Below are positions 56,416 through 64,000 of a DNA stretch of 64,000 nt, piece after piece. The notes under the pieces are model-generated. The model was not told the origin of the DNA and did no database searches. It saw only the letters and a list, made by a program, of their open reading frames with translations. This stretch comes from Pseudomonadota bacterium. Lineage in GTDB: Bacteria > UBA10199 > 2-02-FULL-44-16 > JAAZCA01. The stretch is taken from contig JAZDOG010000102.1 of the NCBI GenBank assembly GCA_043798915.1, positions 23,226 to 87,225 on the forward strand, read 5' to 3'. Position numbers and translations under genes: made by a program. How positions within the stretch are numbered: position 1 is the first letter of the stretch; every line of letters starts with the position of its first letter.

Positions 56416-58137
56416 TCAGGCGCGTTGAGAAGGCAACTCGTCGAGGATTCCATTGAGGGGAATCTTTGGGTCTTGAGAGAGTTTTCTGACGATAGTTTCG
56501 AAATGCCTGGCCTCAACTTTTTGTGACATGCACGCCCGCGCGAGTCCAAGCCAGAGATTCTCATCTATGTCGGAGCAGTCGATCCCCTGCCGTTTCAAGC
56601 TCCGTGCTGTTTGTCCCAAAAGTCTCCCGACCATTTTCATATCGAGGCCTTCTTTTGCCAGCCGGTCGATGAGGCCCACGTGAGTCGAGAGCGCCAGGCC
56701 TCCGATCACATCATCCGGCAGGCCGTGGTTTTTCAGTCGCGCCTCGATCTCGTGTGTCGGCTCGGGAAGCGCCTCTTTGTTTCGCGCAACCCTCTCCGGC
56801 GCGATTCTCACGGGCGGGTGGTCGGTGTCCGGGTACATCCTGTCCGCGCCGGGCAGTATCCGTTCGAAATCGGTGAGGCCGTCGCGCAGGTGCTGTCTCG
56901 TCTCGCAGGGCACGCCGTCGAAGGCCTCGACGATCCGGTTTTTTATCTCCTGCGTCGCGGTGATCGTGTCTGACTCGGGTCCCCAGACTAGCACGCCGAC
57001 GTCTTCGCGGTTGAGCGAGAGCGCGAGTCTTATGGTGCGCTGGTCGATGTGGTTTCTCGGATACTCCGGATAATTGTCGGTGTGGAAGATGTTGGGGATC
57101 TCGTCCAGGCAGGCGATCACGCGGACGCGCCCCGAGAGTTCGGAGGCGAACATCCTGCCAGGCTGCGTGGGGCGGTTGAGTATTCCGGCGAGCCTCCTGA
57201 GCGCGATCGCCCGGATCCGGTGGCCCTTCGAGAGCGCATCGGAAAGGTTCGGCGAGCGCGTGTTCTTGAGCGCCTCCGTCATGTCGATCTCAGATGCCTT
57301 GAGATTCTTGGCGTCCAGGCCGCGGCGCTTCAGTTCGTTTTTAATATCCAAAAGGGCCTTTTGCCTCAGGGCCTCGATCCTCGTCAGCGCCGGGATGAGT
57401 TGGTAGCGCGGCACGCCCTTGATCTCGACGCGGGAGCCGCCCTCGATCGAGACGTTCACGTCCTGCCTCACCGCGCCGATCCCGAGCCTGACCTTTCCGC
57501 TCGCGCGCAGGAGCCTGCCGATGTGGCGCACACCGCGCCCGGCCTCCTCGGGGCTCTTGAAGCAGGCCTCCGTCACCACTTCGATGAGGGGCATGCCGAG
57601 GCGGTCGGTCCTGAAACGGATCATGTGGCCTTCGTCCGTGACCTCGCGGCAGGCGTCCTCCTCGATCGAGAAATGCGAGACGCCGATCCTCTCCCCCTCG
57701 AACGGGATGGAGCCGTTGATCCCGACGATGCCGGTTCGCTGAAAGCCGGTCGGTATCGAACCGTCGAGATACTGCTTTCGCGCGATGTGCATCTCGTCGA
57801 CGATCGAGCAGCCGCACATGAGCGCCAGCTCGATGGCGATCTCCAGCGCATCCTGGTTGATAGGAAACGGCGGCGTGTCGTCCAGCTCGTAGGTGCAGAC
57901 GGATTCCTTGTTGAGCAGGTAGACGATCTCCTTCTTTGTCTTGTACTCCATGAGCGCGCAGCCGTCGTAGACGCCCATCTCGGAGAGCGTGGGCCTCATG
58001 TGGCGCAGCACTTCGGCGTGGTGCACCTTCGAATATCTGGCGGCCGGGCAGCGGCAGAAGAGCTTCTTCTCCGTCAGGAGCTGCTGGTGGATTTCGACGC
58101 CGCACTTGAACCCTAAGCCTTTGAGATCGTCTGCCAT
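56416..58137 (-). CDS. gatE: Glu-tRNA(Gln) amidotransferase subunit E
   Basis: GVEIHQQL..KLFCRCP, RKQYLDGSIPTGFQRT, EEDACR, DRLGMPLIEV, RQDVNVSI, RVEIKGV, AspRS-like insertion, PGADRMYPDTD. Confidence 0.92.
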   Translation of the reverse strand: MADDLKGLGFKCGVEIHQQLLTEKKLFCRCPAARYSKVHHAEVLRHMRPTLSEMGVYDGCALMEYKTKKEIVYLLNKESVCTYELDDTPPFPINQDALEIAIELALMCGCSIVDEMHIARKQYLDGSIPTGFQRTGIVGINGSIPFEGERIGVSHFSIEEDACREVTDEGHMIRFRTDRLGMPLIEVVTEACFKSPEEAGRGVRHIGRLLRASGKVRLGIGAVRQDVNVSIEGGSRVEIKGVPRYQLIPALTRIEALRQKALLDIKNELKRRGLDAKNLKASEIDMTEALKNTRSPNLSDALSKGHRIRAIALRRLAGILNRPTQPGRMFASELSGRVRVIACLDEIPNIFHTDNYPEYPRNHIDQRTIRLALSLNREDVGVLVWGPESDTITATQEIKNRIVEAFDGVPCETRQHLRDGLTDFERILPGADRMYPDTDHPPVRIAPERVARNKEALPEPTHEIEARLKNHGLPDDVIGGLALSTHVGLIDRLAKEGLDMKMVGRLLGQTARSLKRQGIDCSDIDENLWLGLARACMSQKVEARHFETIVRKLSQDPKIPLNGILDELPSQRA

Positions 58138-58252
58138 GGCGGGCAGGAATAGGACAAACGCCGTTGCATGGCAAGCGAAAGCAGGCGCGGGCGACCTTGA
58201 CAACAGGCCCCAATGAGATAGAGAGGGCGCTTGTTGCTGAGAGGCTTAAGAT

Positions 58253-59638
58253 ATGCCAGAGTCCGATGATTACAAGGGTTATCGCGATCCCGGATTGGCC
58301 GTTCTCAAAAAATACGGCGTGGCCGTGTGGGACCGGGTCGAGATAGACACGCACAAGGGGCCGTTCGCCGGCCTCATCCTCCCGCGCTCCTCGACCGAGG
58401 ACGCCTGCCACATCGTCATCAAGATGCCGATAGGCTACAACACCGGCATCCACGTCGATTCGATAAAGTCGATAAAGAAGGTGGGCCGGCGCGAGGGCCA
58501 CTACGCAATACCGGAGAAGAAATTTCCCTACGACAAGCGGAAGAAGAGCGTCTTTCTGCTGGGCACCGGCGGGACGATCGCATCGCGCCTGGATTACACG
58601 ACGGGCGCCGTCGTGCCGGCATTCTCGCCCGGCGAGCTCTACGGCGCCGTGCCGGAGCTGGCCGACATCTGCAACCTCACCACGAAGAAGCTCTTCGGCG
58701 TCTTCTCCGAGAACATGGCCAGGGAGCAGTATCAGGGTCTGGCGGAGGAGATAGGAAGGCTCATCAGGGACGGCGTCGACGGGATCGTCATTGGCCACGG
58801 CACGGACACGATGCACCACACGGCGTCGATCCTCTCGTACATGGTGCAGGGCTCGCCGGTCCCGATCATCCTCGTGGGCTCTCAGCGCTCCAGCGACAGG
58901 CCGAGCTCCGACGCCGCCAGAAATCTTTTGAACGCGACGTTCGCGGCCGCGCACTCCGACATCGCCGAGGTCATGGTCTGCATGTTCGGTCCGACCTCCG
59001 ACGACTACGATCTGCTCCATCCCGGGACGCGCGTGCGCAAGATGCACTCGAGCTATCGCTCGACGTTCCGGACGATAGGGGACATCCCGCTGGCGATGGT
59101 CTGGCCCGACCGGGTGGTCCCGCTCAAGGAATACAAAAAGCGCCGCACCGATCGCGAGGTGAAGATCAACACCGCATACGACGATCGCGTGGCGATCCTC
59201 TACTATTATCCCGGGATGAATCCGGACATGGTCGATTCCCTGGTGGACAAGGGGTATCACGGCATCGTCATCGCGGGGACGGGCTTGGGGCACGTGAACG
59301 CGGTGCTCAATCCCTCGCTCAAGCGGGCGGTCGACGCGGGGGTGACCGTCGTGATGACGGTCCAAACGCTCTGGGGTTTCGTCCACATGAACGTCTACGA
59401 CACCGGGCGCTATCTCCTGGAGCTGGGGATCATCCCGTGCGAGAACATGCTGCCGGAGGCGGCGTATATGAAGCTCTGCTGGGTCCTCGGGCAGACCTCC
59501 GACCTGCCAGAGGTAAAGAGGATGATGCTGACCCCGATCGCCCACGAGATCACCGAGCGCGAGCCGCACAACGGATACCTCGTCTATCAGGGCGGGATCC
59601 CCGAAGTTGAACGGTTCCTTTCCACCTACAAGAAATAA
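58253..59638 (+). CDS. gatD: Glu-tRNA(Gln) amidotransferase subunit D
   Basis: N-terminal domain with IVIKM..GYN.GI, TGGTIASRLDYTTGAV, HGTDT, GSQRSSDRPSSD, RKMHSS. Confidence 0.93.
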   Translation: MPESDDYKGYRDPGLAVLKKYGVAVWDRVEIDTHKGPFAGLILPRSSTEDACHIVIKMPIGYNTGIHVDSIKSIKKVGRREGHYAIPEKKFPYDKRKKSVFLLGTGGTIASRLDYTTGAVVPAFSPGELYGAVPELADICNLTTKKLFGVFSENMAREQYQGLAEEIGRLIRDGVDGIVIGHGTDTMHHTASILSYMVQGSPVPIILVGSQRSSDRPSSDAARNLLNATFAAAHSDIAEVMVCMFGPTSDDYDLLHPGTRVRKMHSSYRSTFRTIGDIPLAMVWPDRVVPLKEYKKRRTDREVKINTAYDDRVAILYYYPGMNPDMVDSLVDKGYHGIVIAGTGLGHVNAVLNPSLKRAVDAGVTVVMTVQTLWGFVHMNVYDTGRYLLELGIIPCENMLPEAAYMKLCWVLGQTSDLPEVKRMMLTPIAHEITEREPHNGYLVYQGGIPEVERFLSTYKK

Positions 59639-59673
59639 TCTACAGCGGGATCGGCACGTGATATGGTTGTGCC

Positions 59674-60471
59674 GTGAGCACAGCCGCCATGCAAAATCCG
59701 CCGCTCAAGGTCGTTCTCGGCATCTTCCTCGCGGTCGTCCTCTTGCAGATACCGGCCGAGTTCATCATCGCCGGCTTCTCCGTGGCGTGGGGCATCCTCA
59801 TCAACGAGGCGCTGTTCATCCTTGCGGTGCCTCTTGCCATCCTCAAGCTCATGGGGTTTGGCATCTCCTCGATCCTCCCCCTCGGCCGCCCCGGCAAGAG
59901 GCAGGTCCTTGTGGCCGCATGCATGACGCTCGGGGCCGCCGTCGTCATAAGCTACGTCCGCTCGGCGAGTGATCACCTCATCCCCCTCCCCGAGGCGTTC
60001 GTCGCGCGCCAGACGCGTGCGATGGCCGTCCGCTCGTGGAACGATTTCTTCCCCAAGCTCCTGCTCCTCGGCATGATAGCTCCGTTCTGCGAGGAGATCC
60101 TCTTTCGCGGCATCATCCAGCCCGCGCTCGCCCGCCGGACCGGCTCCGCAATCTCGATCGTCATAACGGCCGTCTTCTTCGCCCTCATCCACAGCACTTC
60201 ATTCCAGCCGCACCTCTATCTCCTCCTGGGGCTTCTCTTCTCCTGGCTCTTCGCCGTCACCGGGTCGCTGCGCATCACGATAATGTGCCACGCCATAAAC
60301 AACTCCTGGGCGCTTGCGAATCAGGTCAGAGGGCTCGGTTTTCCGATCGAAGGGAGCATGAGGGCGGCAGACTGGACCCTCCTGGCCAGCGGGGCCCTGA
60401 TTGTTCTGGCCGGAGCGATCCTGATGATGCGGTTCAAGCGCGAAACCGCACGGGGGCGCAGCGGCGCCTGA
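59674..60471 (+). CDS. CPBP (CAAX/Abi) intramembrane metalloprotease
   Basis: EEILFRG, FALIH, HAINN; multiple TM helices. Confidence 0.88.
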   Translation: MSTAAMQNPPLKVVLGIFLAVVLLQIPAEFIIAGFSVAWGILINEALFILAVPLAILKLMGFGISSILPLGRPGKRQVLVAACMTLGAAVVISYVRSASDHLIPLPEAFVARQTRAMAVRSWNDFFPKLLLLGMIAPFCEEILFRGIIQPALARRTGSAISIVITAVFFALIHSTSFQPHLYLLLGLLFSWLFAVTGSLRITIMCHAINNSWALANQVRGLGFPIEGSMRAADWTLLASGALIVLAGAILMMRFKRETARGRSGA

Positions 60472-61243
60472 GGATCGCGGCGAAGGCGAAGAAGACGAGG
60501 ACCGCTGCGGCGAGGAGGATTGCATCCGGTCGGCCGAAGGGATGGGAGAGCGGTAGTTCGAAGCCGCGCATGTGGTTGATGAAGCTCCATGAGTTGTTGA
60601 TGAGATGGCAGAGGATCGGCGCCCACAGAGTTCCCGTCAGGGCGTAGATCCAGCCGAGGAGCAGCCCCAGGATGGAGTAGAGATGGAAATACCACGGGTT
60701 GCCGTGGAGGATCGCGAAGAAGAGGGCCGTGATCGCGATCGCGGGCCAGTCTCCCCAACGCGCCGAGAGAGACGTCTGGCAGAATCCCCTGAAGAACAAT
60801 TCCTCGCAGAAGGCCGGGAGCAGGCACAGGACGACGAGCTTTATCGCGGCATCCGCCGGCCCGGAGATGGCCATGATCCTGTCGTAGGCCGCGCTCACCT
60901 CGGGCGGCAGGGGGAAGAAGTGTTCGCTCCCGGCGGTCATGTAATCGATCAGGATGGCGGCTGAGATGGTGACGACGGCGGTGAGCGCCAGCACCGCGAT
61001 GGACGGGCGCTCAAGCGGCAGGAGGCGCCTACGGTTGAATCGAAGGAGGGCGATTATAGCGAGCGGCACTCCGGCCACGGCGATTATTTCGTTCGCAGCC
61101 ACGCCCAGCGAAACGAAGCCGGCGCGGAGGAGGAGCTGGGTCGGAAACTGAAAGAGCGTGACGAGCGTCAGCGTCAGGAAAACGAGCGGCGCCGATGCCG
61201 TCGCAGTCCCGGGCTTCAAGATCGATTCAAACCATCGCTTCAT
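60434..61243 (-). CDS. CPBP intramembrane metalloprotease, paralogue
   Basis: EELFFRG, FAILH, HLINN. Confidence 0.88.
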   Translation of the reverse strand: MKRWFESILKPGTATASAPLVFLTLTLVTLFQFPTQLLLRAGFVSLGVAANEIIAVAGVPLAIIALLRFNRRRLLPLERPSIAVLALTAVVTISAAILIDYMTAGSEHFFPLPPEVSAAYDRIMAISGPADAAIKLVVLCLLPAFCEELFFRGFCQTSLSARWGDWPAIAITALFFAILHGNPWYFHLYSILGLLLGWIYALTGTLWAPILCHLINNSWSFINHMRGFELPLSHPFGRPDAILLAAAVLVFFAFAAILRRRCAPVRFRA

Positions 61244-61273
61244 GAGGCTGCCTCGTCTTTCACCTTGCTCAGC

Positions 61274-61795
61274 TCATCTGAAAACGACCACGTCCTCCAT
61301 CTTCTTTCTCGGCGGCGTGCGCAGCTCAGGGACGTCGGGTACGCCGATCGGGATGATTGCCAGCGTGCGGAGGTTTTTGGGGAGCTCCAGTATTTTTGCG
61401 GCCTGCGCCTCGTCGAAGGCGCCGATCCAGCAGGTGCCAAACCCCAGCGCCACCGCGGCCAGCATCATGTTCTCGATCGCCGCGGCGGTCTCCTGGAGGG
61501 CATAGGTCTTGCGCCCGCGCTCGCCGTAATGGTGCTCCGCCTCGTCGAGATCTGAGCAGACGACGATCGCCACCGGCGCTTCGTCGATGAACTTCTGGTG
61601 GCCCGCTTCGAGCGCGAGTTTGCGCTTGAGCTCGCGGTCCCTGACGACGAAGAAGCGCCACGCCTGGCCGTTTCCCGCCGTCGGCGCCAGGAGCCCGGCT
61701 TCAAGTATCTTTTTGACCGCGGCCTCGTCCACCGCGCGGTCGGCATGAAACTTCCTGACCGACCTCCTCTTTGCTATCGCATCGAATATGTCCAT
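61274..61795 (-). CDS. Nitroreductase family protein
   Basis: AIAKRRSVRKF, APTAGNGQAW, ENMMLAA..GFGTCWIG; GAGGAGG RBS. Confidence 0.92.
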   Translation of the reverse strand: MDIFDAIAKRRSVRKFHADRAVDEAAVKKILEAGLLAPTAGNGQAWRFFVVRDRELKRKLALEAGHQKFIDEAPVAIVVCSDLDEAEHHYGERGRKTYALQETAAAIENMMLAAVALGFGTCWIGAFDEAQAAKILELPKNLRTLAIIPIGVPDVPELRTPPRKKMEDVVVFR

Positions 61796-61913
61796 TGGTT
61801 CCTCCTCAAGAATGCCTGCGTTAAAACATATTTTGCGGGAACGCAAGGACGCGGCGAGGGTGCTTTTTTTAAGGCTTGGCATCGCTCCGCAAATATCCTT
61901 ATACTTTCCTTGT

Positions 61914-62831
61914 ATGACGACGAAGCCAAGGGCGTTAAATAAAGGGGACACGATCGGCATCGCGGCGCCGGCCTCCCCGTTCGACCGAGCGAAATTTATG
62001 AAGGGCATACACGCCCTCGAGAAGCTCGGCTTCAGGGCATTCTATCAGGACGACATCTTCGACCAGAACAGATATCTGGCGGGCACCGATCGCCGGCGCG
62101 CGGAGGAGCTCTCCGAGCTCATCCGCAGGCGCGATATCGCTGCAATCATGTTCGCGCGCGGAGGGTACGGCAGCCAGCGCATCATCCCGCTTCTGGACGC
62201 GAAGGCACTCTCGCTCCACCCCAAGCCCGTCATCGGATTTTCGGATCTCACTGCGCTTCTCAGCTTCCTTCGCCAGAGCTGCCGTATCCCCACGTTCTAC
62301 GGGCCGGTGATCACACAGCTGGGCGCCGCAAAGGGCGAGGCGACAGGCCTGGCGTTGATAAGGGCGCTCACGGCGAAGGAACCATTGGGCAACATGCCGA
62401 TGGGAGGCGTGAAGGTCATAAAGCCGGGCCAGTCGGAGGGGCCGCTGGTCGGCGGGTGCCTCTCGCTGATCAACTCGAGCATCGGAACGCCCTACGAACT
62501 CAACGCCGAAGGCAGCGTCCTCTTCATCGAGGAGATAGGCGAGAAGGTCTACGTCCTGGACCGGATGCTCACGCAGCTCAAGAACAGCGGGGTGATAGGC
62601 AGGGCGCGCGGGATCGTCTTCGGATCGATCGTTCCGCTCCCGGACGAGCCGCACGACGTGGGGCAGATGATCCATGACGTCCTCGCAGACTTCACGGGGC
62701 CGGTGGTCGCCGGTTTTCCGGCCGGCCACACTGACGATTTCGTGACGCTGCCCATGGGCGCCGCGGTGAAACTCACCGCGACCGAGGCCGGCGTCCCCGA
62801 ATTCTGTTACACAACGGGTTTGCTTTTTTAA
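61914..62831 (+). CDS. LD-carboxypeptidase (S66 family)
   Basis: GDTIGIAAPAS, RGGYG, IGFSDLT, LFIEEI, GFPAGH. Confidence 0.9.
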   Translation: MTTKPRALNKGDTIGIAAPASPFDRAKFMKGIHALEKLGFRAFYQDDIFDQNRYLAGTDRRRAEELSELIRRRDIAAIMFARGGYGSQRIIPLLDAKALSLHPKPVIGFSDLTALLSFLRQSCRIPTFYGPVITQLGAAKGEATGLALIRALTAKEPLGNMPMGGVKVIKPGQSEGPLVGGCLSLINSSIGTPYELNAEGSVLFIEEIGEKVYVLDRMLTQLKNSGVIGRARGIVFGSIVPLPDEPHDVGQMIHDVLADFTGPVVAGFPAGHTDDFVTLPMGAAVKLTATEAGVPEFCYTTGLLF

Positions 62832-62833
62832 AT

Positions 62834-63997
62834 ATGAATCAGGCAATCGACAGGGTGTTCAAAGAGGCGGTGGCCGAAGGGGTCTTTCCGGCTGCGGAGC
62901 TTCTCGTCGCGAGGGGCGGTGAGGTCCTCTACGCGTCGCACTACGGAGACGCGCGGGCCCATGCCTGTTTCGATATCTCTTCGCTCACGAAGCCGGTGTC
63001 GACTGCGACGCTCGCGGTGATGCTCGCGGCCGAGGGGCTGCTCAAGTTCGACGACACGGTCTATCAGTGGCTGGCCGGCGCGCGCGAACCGCAGCACAAG
63101 CAGATGACGGTTCGGCAGCTCCTCGAACACACGTCGGGGCTTCCGGCGTGGCAGCCATTCTTTCGCGAGATCCCCGAGAGCCTCATTGGCACGGAGGCGG
63201 GCAAGCGAATCGTCCTCGATTCTTGTTATGCAGAACCGCTCATCTCTGAGCCGGGAGCCAAGACACTCTACAGCGATCTGGGATATATAATCCTGGGCGA
63301 GATCGTCGAACAGGCCGGCGGCGCTCCGCTCGATGCGCTCTTCATGCAGATGATCGCGAGGCCGCTCAAGCTCGCCGAGACATTCTTCGTCCGCGTGATG
63401 GGGTCTCACCTCAAGGCCGGCGGCCGGCGGACATCCACCACCGCGGACCAGCACGTCCCCACGCCGAAGCACAACATCAAGGGGGAGCGCGCCGAACTCA
63501 AGGAGGGCGAGCACAGGCGCTTCGCGCCGACGGAGGATTGCCCGTGGCGCGAGAGGGTGATACACGGCGAGGTCCACGACCAGAACGCCTATGCGCTGGG
63601 CGGCGTGGCTGGAAACGCCGGCCTCTTCTCGACCGCCTCGGATCTCAATCTCTTCGTCAGGGAGCTTGTAAAATCGCTCAAGGGAGAATCAAACTGGCTG
63701 CCGAAGGAAATTCTGGCCGAACTCGTGACCGGCGAAAAGGCCCCTTCATCGGGAGACAGGTATGTGCTGGGGTGGAACAGACCCTCGAGGAGGAACTCCG
63801 CTGCGGGCCACCACTTCTCTCCGACGTCGATCGGGCACCTGGGCTACACCGGCTGCTCAGTCTGGATAGACCTCAAGGCGGATTTCTGGACGATATTGCT
63901 CACCAACCGCATCCATCCCTCGACGACCAACGAGAAGATCAAGGCCTTCCGCCCGTCTATACACGATCTGGTATACGAAGAGCTCATCAAGGCGTGA
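62834..63997 (+). CDS. Serine hydrolase, beta-lactamase-related
   Basis: SLTK, LLEHTSGL, YSDLGY, VHDQNA..GGVAGNAGLF, GHLGYTG, LTNR. Confidence 0.9.
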   Translation: MNQAIDRVFKEAVAEGVFPAAELLVARGGEVLYASHYGDARAHACFDISSLTKPVSTATLAVMLAAEGLLKFDDTVYQWLAGAREPQHKQMTVRQLLEHTSGLPAWQPFFREIPESLIGTEAGKRIVLDSCYAEPLISEPGAKTLYSDLGYIILGEIVEQAGGAPLDALFMQMIARPLKLAETFFVRVMGSHLKAGGRRTSTTADQHVPTPKHNIKGERAELKEGEHRRFAPTEDCPWRERVIHGEVHDQNAYALGGVAGNAGLFSTASDLNLFVRELVKSLKGESNWLPKEILAELVTGEKAPSSGDRYVLGWNRPSRRNSAAGHHFSPTSIGHLGYTGCSVWIDLKADFWTILLTNRIHPSTTNEKIKAFRPSIHDLVYEELIKA

Positions 63998-64000
63998 GGC

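Noticed and set aside
61914..63997. LD-carboxypeptidase plus serine hydrolase pair as a novel system
   Set aside because: A common peptidoglycan-recycling arrangement with nothing atypical seen.

Overview
GC-rich bacterial chromosome segment around the replication origin. The gene order is deltaproteobacterial-type (parA-parB-bactofilin-atpF'FHAGDC); exact taxonomy cannot be fixed from sequence alone. Core content: dnaA-dnaN-recF with DnaA boxes and a DnaA-trio unwinding element, rpmH-rnpA-yidD-yidC, displaced gyrB and mnmEG, parAB with two parS sites, groES-groEL with CIRCE, gap-pgk-tpiA-secG, tRNA-Arg(ACG), tRNA-Leu(GAG) and tyrosine phenol-lyase. Accessory content: two aspartyl protease-PDZ paralogues, two standalone AAA ATPases behind perfect palindromes, HEPN/MNT and BrnT/BrnA modules, a Sll1717-type P-loop ATPase, a SmaI-like R-M pair and two REP-like repeat families. 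Top observations: (1) a 52-aa ORF missing from the ORF track, with its own promoter, RBS and a KGYD-KGYD repeat, directly upstream of a B12-dependent RiPP-type radical SAM enzyme, a candidate new RiPP system; (2) a ~250-nt rod-like structured element at 38876-39122 whose G-U pattern favours a + strand RNA; (3) an intact archaeal-type GatD/GatE pair in a bacterium; (4) a palindromic repeat inserted in-frame in mnmG; (5) a recoded TOPRIM/QRDR patch in gyrB (PLNGIILN). All family assignments come from recognising motifs by eye; no database search was run.
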